This document shows positions 48,501-61,295 of a DNA stretch of 64,000 nucleotides, piece by piece (position 1 is the stretch's first letter; every line of letters starts with the position of its first letter). A program made the position numbers and the translations under genes. The DNA is from Azolla caroliniana. Lineage: Eukaryota; Plantae; Polypodiophyta. The stretch is taken from contig JBHGNT010000018.1 of assembly GCA_043228905.1 (NCBI GenBank), positions 2,108,001 through 2,172,000 on the forward strand, given 5' to 3'. The notes under the pieces were generated by a model, which saw only the letters and a list, made by a program, of their open reading frames with translations, made no database searches and was not told the origin of the DNA.

Positions 48501-51500
48501 TCCCGAGTACTCTGTATTCTCTATGTGTTCTCCATTGATTCTCAGTTTGTTTGTTGTTGTCCGGCTAAGCTGGTTGTGTCTGTTTCTTTACAAATTAGGG
48601 TTTAGAACGATTAGGAATAAGAGTACCATGATTTCGGTGGTTTTTACAAAATGGTCATATTATTAGAGCACAAAAGGAAAATGAAACGAATGGAATGGGA
48701 GGCAATTGAGTTTCCGGTGAAGGTGAGTCAAGTGAGCCATCGAGACCATGACTACTACCATTGGCTACGTTGCCTGGATGATGGTATAGTGTTTCCCTAT
48801 CACTTCTTCCTCCCTTCATTGACTAGAGTGCGAGGTAGCCTAACCCTTCTCTCAAAATAACCAACGTGTAGTGTTCTCCATTGCAAAGAAGAAGATTGAA
48901 CCTTCGAAGTAGAAGTAAATTGTTGGTAAGTAGCTTGAAAAGTTGAAGACGCTGCCAAAGAAGAATACCAATTAGAAACCCCAAATGGGAGAAGAAATTA
49001 GAACACTACTTGCAAAGAAGACGTATAATAAAACCCAAAGTCCTCAAGGCAATTGAGGAGGAGGGGGAGGAGAAGAAGTAAGAGGCAAAACCTTAAAGTT
49101 CGATGAGGAAGAAAAAAGAACGTAACGGTGCACTCTCCAATTACAGAACATCAAGTATTGATGTATTGGCCTAGACAATCAAGTAGCTAAGATTAATTGA
49201 GTTCGGTTTGAACATCAAGTATCTAACGAGCTAATTGACAATATAAAATAACTAATTAGTGAAACTTGCCTTAGCTAATATGAGCTTAGATAACGTACTC
49301 GTATTTAACTAACATCTAGCAATTGAACTTGTTTTCGGCATTATTTCGTTAGCTATTTTTAGCTATCAAACTTTGAGCCTCTTATATATTAGGCATTACA
49401 TAGATAATTAACTAATAGACTTCTGAGCATTTTGACTTATATATAAGTCATGACTTTAACTAGTTGTTAGATTTGTAGCTAATTAGCTATTTCTATGAGA
49501 CCTACGATGACTAAGATGTTGTGTCGTTAATCATAGATTCATGCTACTAGAACTCAAAGATATTCCTCACCTCCACTCTTCATTTTTTCTTTCCTCTAAC
49601 CCTATGTAAAGGGTTCGATGATTGATTTTATTAGGTTAAAGAAACATGAATAAAGTTTTGTGTATTAAAGTATATAAGGTCTTTATAGTATGAAAAATGA
49701 GGTTCTTAAAAGAAAATAATGATAATTACAAAATGTCTACATACAACTTTTAGTATGTATAAAATTTTGTATTAAGAGTGAATGAAATGGATAGTTTTAT
49801 TATCGCCCTTGAAGGTCAAATATAGTCTATGGTGCTTTGTGATGCATTGACTCTGTGTGTAGCTTTCACACATCATTACTAAAATAAAAATTATAAATAT
49901 AGGCCAATTTCTTTTTCAAAGAAATTTTAACAATGTGAATACGTACTTTAAGTGTTTCTATATACATATTACATTGAACATACATATTAAGCCGTACTAA
50001 ATTAAATATAATCTTTGTGTCTTCCCTTTTCTATGTATTTCTTGAAAACTATCACATTTCTCCATGTTCGAGATGGTTGCTCAACATTCAAGATAGATTT
50101 CATTTCTTTCCATGAAAAACATTTAGTTATTGCAATTGGATTGTTGTGCATTCATTGAATGAAATCATTCCTCTTACTTTTCAACAAAAAGGTCATAGAA
50201 TATTCTTCTACGTAGACACTTCAATTTGTTACCATACTAGGGATCAATTGTCACTTATCACCATGATATGAATCTATGTTGCTCAATAGTTCTTATGTAG
50301 GGTTATCACTTATAGAACAAGAAATTACCTTATCTTGTATTTAAGCAACCTACAAGTTTCTTATTAGAACAAGAAGAATGACAATTGAACGTTACATTTA
50401 TTCTGATTTTGTTTTCCCTGTCCCTTGATTCCAAGATTGTTTGCAATTGTGGCCAAGTGTATGTCTCTTATTTCTCGGCTAAACAAAGAGAACAAGTTAT
50501 TCATTATTCAAAAACTTAAAGTCACATCATAATTCGATTTGTCACTCCCAAAGGTACCACACAATCATAAACATCGCTATGATGATGAAGACCTTGACAC
50601 CAATTCGTCAACTTTATGTAAGTGGATACGCACATTTTATCAATAACATAGATCCATGTTTGATCATGAGATTTAAACATTTGTACAAAAGTACAAATTG
50701 CAAAAAGGCCTTACGAAATGGATTGTAAAATTATGAAAGGGGATATCTAAATGAAGTAACATTATTAAGTGTTTTAAATAGTCAACTTGTCCTTATGACT
50801 AGAAACTATGTTGTTTAACTTAGTCTAGTAGCTAGGAACTTAGGAGAAAGGATAGTTATCTTTTACGAATGGCAATGACTTCACATAGATTTTCAACTCA
50901 TGAAGGTATAATACTATGGGGAAACCAATTTTTTAAAAAAAGATTCCCTATTCCTACAAACTTTTGACATGTTCTTCCCAATTTCACTCCACATTTGATT
51001 AAATTTACAAAGAAGAATTCATTGTTGTTGGTAAATTTATCTAGGTAGGTGTTGATCTTTGATATGCGTAAATTCATGTATTCCATGTTACATCCACATG
51101 CTTAGTCTTTTATGTTGGTTCAATTGTGAGCTTCTCGATTATTCCATCAAAGTAGTTTCTTCTACTCCACACTAGATTCAAGCTCATTCCTCAAAATATA
51201 TGTATCGTACCAAGTGTTTGATTGAGTGTAGGTAGTTGTCTATTTATGGTCTACACCCACATGCTTACTCTGTTAGGTTGGTCCAAGTGTCAACTTCTCT
51301 ATCATTTCTACTCCACAATAACATTCAAGCACGTTCCTCAAAATATAGGGATCGTGCCATATGTTGATCCCCCATCCAATTGACTTTTGGTCAATCTTAA
51401 ATCTCTTAATCCCTCATATTACCAATGTACATAGGCACTTTGAAACAACCTACTAAGTTGATTAAGGTGTATTCATTGTCAACTTCTTCATATTCATTCA

Positions 51501-54500
51501 TAGCTAGTCGTTTACAGTCCTTTGCACATAGTTAGAGCTTGATAGATTTTCCTCGCTTTCATTAGATGGAATAGTTTGATTTAGATGATTCAACATTGTT
51601 ATTTTATTCAAAAAAATGGAGTTCCACTCTCAACAAACATTATGTTCCATGACGATGGCTTTATTGAGCCTTCTACCTCATATGCATTCTCTTCATCATG
51701 CCCATTCCATACATTATTGAAAATTTGATTTATGAGGCCATGCACATGCTCAATCCCCAAAAAATAATTTGAACAAAGCACTATTGGCTTCTTTGTTTTG
51801 GCAAAAGGAAAACACGTTGGTAAAAGTGATTTGAAATGTGATAGGTAGTTGGTAGGACCAACATTGATTGTGCAAAAGAACATCAAACTACACATGGTGT
51901 TAGACTTTGATTTTTGCAATTTATAAATTCTAGTGAGTAAAAGATGAGATTTTGCTCAAGTCATTTTATGGAACACAACTAGTGAGTCCATGCTCACATG
52001 TTTAAGGCTTACGGTGATACATATTTAATGTTTAAGGTCTAATATCCTTCAAATGTTAGTCTAGTGGTAAAGAGTGTGCCACTAGGAGCGTCGAAGGCTT
52101 GACCACATGCTTACATAGTTTCCCACAGGAAACATCAAAAATCTATACTTGGGTTGCTCAAGGAGGAGAATTTAAGTCCTGGGCAAGAGCAACGCTTGTT
52201 GGTTTCAATATAAAGATCTTGAAGGGTGGTTCTCTCTCCTTGTCTGTAGACTGCATTCCAAGTTTATGGGTTTCTTCTAGAACAAATGTTAGCAAGTTGT
52301 TGATAGTTTAACCTATTATTTGTGGCCATATGTAGACCGAATAGCTTTCATTAAAAAAGATGTGTTCCAAAACTAAATCTCACATCTTCATAATAAAAAA
52401 ATATAGCATCTAACTATTGAATTGACAACCAACTTCACATATTTAGTTGATTAAATTGTCGAAGCTGCAATGCTTCACTACACCTTGTCAAAATCTATAG
52501 ATGATGGAACGTAGAGTAGAATAAAGCACCATTCACAAAGTTTTCTTATATTTTAAATTTATTAAGGCCATTCAAGGATCATATAATGTACTTCATTTTA
52601 TTGACTACCATAACACTACATTCCTATCACATTGTGTTACATCTAAAATAAAAAAAGTTTAACGAATGTACACAAACTTTAATATATTGGAGTTATGCCA
52701 ACATTGTTTATCATAGCTAAGTAAAATGTAATTTTAATATGATTAAAACAGGCACTATACAAGAAGAAAAGTTTTTTAAGAGAAAAATATTAAGTATTGG
52801 GTCACAAAATCAATGTTTGACATCTAGGTTTTATCATTATAGGAAATATTTCTGAACATTTGTACAATGTCAAGCATGGGAATCCACATTGTAAGGCAAT
52901 GTGCATTGACAATGTAGTAGGTTTGGAATTTAAGTGTCATTTCGTAGGAGATAGAAGCCCTTATTAACCACCTAATCTTTAAAATATTATTGTGTTATGT
53001 TGCATTAAAGAATATCTAGCGTATTTAAAGGCGTGTCTCCAATATCAGAACCATATCATGACAAGGAATCAATTTATTTGTAAAACAATACAAACCTAAA
53101 GTAGTCAATAGGCCCATCTCATTATTTCTCCTAGTTCATAAGCATTTCATGTACCTTAGTTGGGTTGCTACATTCATGAGGTAAGTTGGTCATCTAGCTC
53201 ACTTTGTTATGATAGACCTCCACTCTTCAAGCTTGTCCTCCCATTATGGTCCATCTCGTTGAAATACACATTCATTGTTAGAGTTCATTTTGTTATAATC
53301 TATAATATATGAACAATTGTTGTTCTTCAAGGGTTTCTCCATCCTTGGGGAAACAAATTAAGGTACAATGTCTACCTATTTTCGTGAGAATGTCATACTA
53401 TGATGTTTCCTTTTTGGCTAGCACATGTCCCCATAAGTGACCTAGGAAGCCTAACCAAACCAATGGCAATCGACAATGAAACAAGAATTGTTACATAGTT
53501 ATTTCTTTTTCAACATTGATACAATGGTTTCTAGTTCCTTGCACACAATAAAGATGATGCAAATACCCGAATATGTTGATTGAGTGGATCATTTGTTTAA
53601 TGATAATATATGTTTTGTGGTTTATGTGCATTAGTATATTGCGATGTTCAATATAGTGCATTTCTACCTAGGAATGTGTATGAATTCAAATTGAAACATC
53701 TTTCTTCATTCTTCTTCACTCTGAAAGAATGATTTTATGGTTCATATATAAACATAACTAAACGTGTGTTCCTAATGTTGTGATTTGTTACTTCGATTGA
53801 AATGACATCATAACTAGATGATGACATCTTATTTTGTAATCATAATTGCTCCTAATGTTACCCACAATTGAAATTATATTTGAATGATCATGTGACATAT
53901 TCATTGGGTTTAAAAAACTTGAGATGGTAACTTAAAATGTCCTTCAAACATGATCTTTGGTAAAATCACAAAGTATCTAGATAAATGCACTACGCCATGC
54001 TTGGCACAACACAAATTTATAAATATTCATTACAATTAATCAATGAAGTTCTTGAAAATGTGTGTATGATGTGATATAATATATTTGCGCATTAGAATTG
54101 TGTCTTATGACATGAAACTTTGTGATAACTTATTTGGGAACTTTAATGAGTTGTCATGTTGTTGGGTATGCCTTGATAAGCTTGATATTAGGTAACAGGT
54201 TCTATTGTACACATTAATAACTATCAAACATGGTAATTTGCCATTCGTACAAGCAAAACTCTAGACCAATTTATTTGTGGCTGGTGTAAGAAACAATTGA
54301 AATTATTTTTGCAAGTTTTTTAGGCTAATATGATATATTTCTTTTGTTATCCTAATGTGACATGGGTATTAGGCTCAATTTATACAATAACTAGTGCATA
54401 CTTGATAAATGATACGTAATGATTAAGCAAATAGACATATAGTAAAATGAAAGAAATGAGTAAGGGCATTTTTCCTTCCAACCATCCCTGAGATAGATCT

Positions 54501-55999
54501 TAAACAACATATGTGTCCATACCATCAAATATTGCCTAAGATCATACCTTAGTTCCAATCCACACAATGTTATTATAGTAAGAGCCTCTCAACGACACGG
54601 ATGTCTCACAATGTTCCGATGGAGATATTTGTCTCTCCCCAATGATGTTAAGTACTCTTCATTTTCTACGTGCACCTTAGGTCCTCATGTTGGGTGTCAT
54701 GACCTTATATGAGTTACCTCAATTCCGAATATATCGTTAAAATAATTAGAAATTTACCTTTAAGTAATATATTGAGGTTATGCATGTAACGTAACTCCTC
54801 CCTTTAAAAAATTGCACTCTTGCAATGAAAAGGTAGGATAACATCTCTCTTCCTTCCAAGTGGCATCATGAATAGTTTGATATATCCATTTAAAATCAAA
54901 TTCTTGAATTGATTTAGAGTGCAAATTTTTAGACTTGGAATTGATAATGTGATATGCTTAGTGATCTCATCCTCTTCGACTTGACTATTGTTTGTTGCAA
55001 TCCTTTTTTGAAATAATATTGCTTCTTTGAAAGTTTGAGGAGCCTTGTCATGCACCATCGAACCGGAACTATGAATGACATTTAAGCAACAAGCAACAAA
55101 CCATTTCTCACACTCGAGTCCTAATTTATAGATTTGACTTTGCGCATGGTGCACGTAATCCTCGAGAGATGGAAATGGCCTATATTAAAAGTTGCATAGT
55201 ATTTTATGTTGCTTCCAATTTGTCCACATTGTGAAGTTCCTGCCTCCATTAGTTCAATCTACAATTACATTATCAACGTCAATTTCAAGTTGACCTTAAG
55301 ATATTTTAATCTCAAATATTTAGTGTAAGGTCATATTGAGTAAATTATGTCTCGAATGGATATCATAAATTGTTAGGTTAGGCCAATTGTTGTCGGGATG
55401 GTCCAGCATCATCATCCATGATTATAGCCATTAAATTAAAACTAATATTTTCACCATCAAATCATCCCATACTTTTACCACCTCTAGACATATGAGATGG
55501 TGACATTATTGTTACAAAGTAAAACATTACCTCAACCATTCGTGCATTTTGTTACTTGCCCACAAAAAGTAAAATGTTATCTCACATATTCATGCATTTT
55601 GTATCCCAAGAGACAAGTGCCCTTTGCGTATCTCAAAAAGATGAGTGACCTTTGGTTATCCAAAGAGATCATTTACGCATTGGGCATCCCAAATGATGGG
55701 TGTCCTTGGGGTAACGCAAGAGGCAAATGCTAATGTCAAAACTCAATAAAACTACCGGCTCATTGTTGAGCCAATATCTATATGCACCCTTAGAATCAAA
55801 TGTTTCATCATCCTACTCGTTCATACTAAATGTTTCATCAAATTTTCCAATTGATTTTGTTTTCTCCGTAATAATTAACACTAATTTATTATTGAGCTTA
55901 TGTGCTTGTAATAGGGCACATAATAACATAAGACTTAATATTGACCTTACTATTAAGATTAGGAAAATAATATTATGCATTAACACATTATATTAAATA

Positions 56000-56312
56000 G
56001 GGAAAAGTACTAGGATACCCCTGGAAGTTCGTCTATTTACCATAATGCCCCTGGAAGTTCCAAATTTACCAAACTACCCCTATGTCCAAAAAAATACACT
56101 TTATAAAGTAAGTACAAAGGACCCAAAGAATCTCTTAAGTAAAGAAATTTGTGTTTTAAGGGTATCCTGGTAAATAGGGCTTGTAGATTTGAGTGTATAA
56201 TTACTTTATAAAGTGTATTTTTTTGGACATAGGGGTAGTTTGGTAAATTTGGAACTTCCAGGGGCATTCTAGTAAATCGACGAACTTCCAAGGGTATCCT
56301 GGTACTTTTCCG
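56000..56312. mobile_element. Mutator-like MITE (313 bp)
   Basis: TIRs of about 112 bp (GGAAAAGTAC...GTACTTTTCC); perfect 9-bp TSD TATTAAATA at 55991-55999 and 56313-56321. Confidence 0.92.
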
Positions 56313-56688
56313 TATTAAATATTGTAGTCACTAATGTATTATAGGTTAATGATACTAACTCTTCGTGTTTTTGATAAAATATTACAAACAAGTTGGCACA
56401 ATAATGATTTATACAGCAAATTATGATAACATTAGTGATGGTTAAAGGGTTGGTTTATTTCATACTTATCATACATACCAGTTTAATGAAATGTATTTCA
56501 AACATGAATAATAATCGATTGACAAAATCATAAGATTAAACTGAAACAATTAAAAAAACATAAGAAATAGCCATGCAATCAATATTAATACATAAATAAC
56601 TACCAGAACTTGTGGTTGGAATTAGAATTTTTATCGCCCATAAAGAGGCCAATTTTAACCTATGGGACCAAAGTAACCAATTTCCTTC

Positions 56689-57370
56689 CTAAGAAGGGGT
56701 ATTCATACATTGAGGCACAAAGTTTCTATGTGCGAATAAAGCATACACATATGAGCTCAACCTTCTCAGTGGTGTCTTAAGTATGACACTTAAGTTATCA
56801 CTCCCTCTTAGTATGTCAACATACCTTGAACAAATTGCACTATATGTCGAGCATGTGAAGAGCAAGTGACTTTCATCCTCTACCATGCCTTCATTGCATA
56901 ATTTGCATGACTTCAAATTCATTACATTCTGATACCATGATGCAACTTCAATACCTAACTTGTGAGATCGAGTGTGAAGCAGTGTAAGGGCTCTACAAGC
57001 ATTACTACTCATATTGGTAATGAGATAAGGTTGGAGCGTGGCAACGTGGGATACTTACCTCTCCTAATTATGTAGCTCTGTGGGATTGTCCAAAGACCCA
57101 TCAAATATGGCAAAGTAGTTAAATCAAAACCGAACCATTGTTGATTCATACATAATAGTTTACTAACGTATTTACGAAACAAAATGGCATCTTACAAACT
57201 AATTGTCTCACTTAATTACATATTTGTAGTAGGCAACGAACACATAGAATATTCAAGCAATGACAATGATCGAGTTTAGTGCCACCAATCCTCAACCAAA
57301 TGCCTATGTTCATTATTATGCCAACTTTTTCTTTCAAAACACTAGACTTCAAACACTAACATCATCAACA
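56689..57370 (-). mobile_element. Non-LTR (LINE) ORF2 3' remnant
   Basis: HTRSHKLGIEVASW...CKLCNEGMVEDESHLLFTCSTY is a typical LINE C-terminal CCHC region; upstream boundary approximate. Confidence 0.7.
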
Positions 57371-60300
57371 CAATCTTGAATACAAAAAACATCATGGTCA
57401 TTCATTTTGAGTTGTAGAGAGCATCACAAAATATACAAAGTCGTTTGCATCACCAATCAATTTTGAATTTGCCCTTCGTTTTGTCTCTTATTTCGTTCAT
57501 CTCCGCATTTGTCCATGGTGATCCTTTTACCATGATCAACCAAGAGAGAGATTGAGAAGTTGATGCAATTCCTGAGTTTACTATTAAGAGTTAGCAACCC
57601 TATGAATTTTGTTATCATTCTCATACGTCAAATGTGACCTATGTGAGCACAAAACTAAACTAAATAGTGACTCTTGATGTTCAATAATGTAACAAATGAA
57701 TGATGCTACAGAGAGTGCACATTATGACAATGAGAAGATTATGTAAGGATTAGACCAAATCGAGAGTGTGTGAAAAGCTATCTGGAACGTGGTTGAAGGT
57801 AAAGCAGATGGACAAGCATGGAGAGGGCAGAATGCGGATGCCATGTATGAACTTATTTTAGCCATAACGGATTTCGTGTTGATGTTAATTCAACAAATGT
57901 CACAATCAATCCCTTGCTTTCCTTTGAAGAGGAAAGGCTATGGATGGCGATTTCATACTCACTCAAACATAGATCCTTCCAAAAAAAAATTGATGGAATG
58001 GAGAGAAGGCTGGAAGGCCAAAGAAGAATTCCAACAGAGTGTGCCAAAATCCAAAGCCAAAAGTTAGCTAAGAAGACCTCCGTGCAGCATTTGGCTATAC
58101 ACAAGAGGGTAGAGTTGCGGTTAGACTGGCACGAGGATGGTTTGAAGTCAACAAATCTTGTCGAGAGGTGCTCATGGGCATAGACACTTAACTGTTGGAT
58201 AAAGAAGTAGGCCAACACATAATGGGTCCATGAAGCTAGTTCTAGAAATGCCTCTTGAGTGACTGGAAGAAGTGCCTAGAAGATGTACTTTTTGTCCCCA
58301 AATCTTAGGAGATCTATTGTGAGATCTATTGTACATGCAGAGGCTGGTTGATGTTGAGTATGAAGAGGTAGTCCCCCACAAGTCAGGTGCAGAAAATCCA
58401 TGCCAACGCTTGACAGGAAGATGGGTTCCTTGTAAAAGAAAAGGCAATTTGTTCAAGCTAACTGCAGTAGTCACAGACGGGTGTAAGAGCATATTGGATA
58501 TGAAGTTCTGGCATCCACACTTTGAGCACAACTTTCTGAGACTGGTGTGCAACGGTTAAAGTCTTCCTAACATAAGGGTGACAGCGCAAATTCTCCTCCC
58601 AAATTGCGTCATACGGACCTCTAACAAAAGATAGGGAAAAGACATTTAGCAGATCTTCCATCTTCATCATCTGGATAGTAGATGATCGTAATAGACTAAT
58701 GCGGGTATGTTTTCTGAAAATGAAAAAGATTGAGGCTCTTAGAAAGCAGACTGATTGAGAGGAAGATTCATTCCCTCTTGAATCAGTTAGGAGCACACAG
58801 TGTTGGAAGGAAGCCAATTTGAACACCATGCTGACACCTAAAATTCATTGGCATCATATGATAGAAGGTAAAGTTGGAAATCCAATCAGTGGACAATAAT
58901 GTAGATCTTTTGTTGAAGACCTTGGGACTTCAAAGGATAAAGAGTTGATTGTCGAGAGTACCAGCAAGCAGAGGAATAAGAGCTAGTTGATGCTCAAATT
59001 CTCATTGGTATTCTCTTCTGTTGAAAGTTGGACTCTTGTAAATATCCAAGTTCCCACTTTTTATTATCCACCTTCGTAGTCTTAATCATTGTAGAATCAA
59101 TTGATTCAAATTTCTATAGTGGACATGATACTTTTCTTACTCTTACCATGAAATTAGTGTACTGATTCAAGGGAAAAACTCCAATTATAATCCTTCCACA
59201 CTAGCTCATTGGCCCACAATTCAAGCATGGGTACATCACCCACAAACAAATGCAGATAATATGTATGTATGTATCTTTGTTTTATTTCCCCAAATGCCTC
59301 TGGGCTTTCATTGTTTCTCCAAATGCCTTTATTTCCACTAACCGCAAGACACAGAAATACAGATGAATTGCCCATATAATTGCTTCTGCTGCAGTTGACT
59401 CAGGGCACCTATGAAAGCAACAAATACACAAGGGCATCGAGGGAAAAAATAAAAACTCAGGGTTATTCTGGGGTGTTAGGGTTTAGGGCTTACCTGATCT
59501 AATTGTACGTTCGTGCCAATATATTTAAGCTTTAACTTTAAACAACGAAAGTTCTACTTTTCCACAAGAAAAATACAAAATCCATCAATCAACAACATAT
59601 ATGTGGGAAAAAAAACAAGAATATAAATAAAATTTCAGAAGCAATTAATGGAAGAGAATCTGCAGAAAAATACCTGTTTTGGGTCATCAGTTTGGTGGAA
59701 GAAATTCTAGCTGCAAGAAAGCTGTGATTCGGTAAAGACATAATCTTGAAGATTGCCGTCTTTCTTGGGTAGAAACATAATAGTTTAGAACTCACGTTTT
59801 TATCAGCGGTCTAAAAATACATTTTCCATGTAACTTACTTAGAGCTTCTTGAGTGATAAAGATAGAAAATGATGAAGCACCAATCACTAAGTTACCATAA
59901 ACAGTAATTGCGTCTCTATTCTAGTCTCGCATACTACGATACAAAATTCGACCAAAGTTACAATAATTCAATCTTATACCAAAAAGAAAAAAGAATTACG
60001 TGATTAATTACTGCTCGCACAATCCATCCTTAATGCAAGGAATTGCTCTTAAAGATACAAGATAAATGCACTCAATTGGTCATAATTGATTGTATAAGAT
60101 TCAAAATCCTTTGAACAAACACATCAGGGATTTACCCCAAGTTAACCAAATGATGATTCATCAGAATATTTGTTATCCAAAACAACCGGATTTACCCCAA
60201 GTCAACCAAATGAAGTTTATGAAGTTTCGGACTAGTTCTCACTGAAAACTGAAGCATCCGTAGGAATGATTCATCAGACTATTTGTTGCCCAAAATAACA

Positions 60301-60981
60301 CAGCTTTTCCCAATAGAGTTCTTGGTTGAATGATTGATGGATATGGTCAATTTTACCATTACAAAATTAGAAGTAAAGAGAGGAAACATTTGCTAATTGA
60401 CCTGTAGTTTAGTTCTCTTTGTTCAATATAAGGAAACTATGAGGTCATCGATTGTCGGAAAATGAGATATGACATTTTGAGTTCATAGATATAAAGCCAC
60501 AAATACACATGAAATACGATACGCATTGTTCTAATAAAATACATGCAAATCAGACAGCCTTCCGTATGGTAAAAAGAGCAGTTGGAAATAGTTTTGGGAT
60601 TCTGAAAGATAGAATTTATAGTAATGAATTTATATGTAATAAAAATTATACATCAGAAGATTCTGTCTTGTTCAGATCTCTGGGATGATATACCTACACA
60701 TCTCCACTAGAAATCTTATCACTAGAGAGAAATAATACAGTGGAAAAAATATAGAAAACAAAAAGGGAAAGCAAGGAATCTGAAAGGGAAACCTTGCAAC
60801 CCTTTTCTGCTCCTTTTCTAAGTATACATATTATATATATGATGCCAAGATTGGATTTCCTTTCCTCCTTGGATTGGAGTTTACCAATGAGTTCCTCTTC
60901 TTTTCCGTATGATTCGATAATAATTTATTATTGATAAGGTAATATTAAAAGAATTTGTAATCGATAGAGAGAATCCATGAT

Positions 60982-61295
60982 TCATGTAAAGACTGCACTA
61001 ACAATGGAGATAGAGGCGCTTGAAGGCAAGGATTGTATGTAGATAAACACAAAGCTTTGCTTTGAAGCCAAGGATTTTATCCATGTAGGAAATGTATATG
61101 TCATCAAACCAGTCTTGGAAAGCCCCCATAGAGGTCCATGCACATCCATCACAAGTAGTTTAAGGGATTGCAATGTTTTGGCTGAATTGTTCTTGACTCT
61201 GACTTGGTACCTGTAATGTCTTTCACCTTTGAAGACCCAAGACGTAGTCATCTCTTGAGAGATGAGAATCTCCTGAGAAGAACTTGGAGAATCAA
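60982..61295 (-). CDS. GH9C: Last exon of the GH9C gene: CBM49 carbohydrate-binding module
   Basis: [27 protein letters not shown]...GPLWGL...[10 protein letters not shown]...FVFIY; stop at 60982-60984. Confidence 0.9.

Noticed and set aside
57051-57060. ATACTTACCT as a U1 snRNA 5' end
   Set aside because: The match stops after 10 nt, with no U1 body or Sm site.
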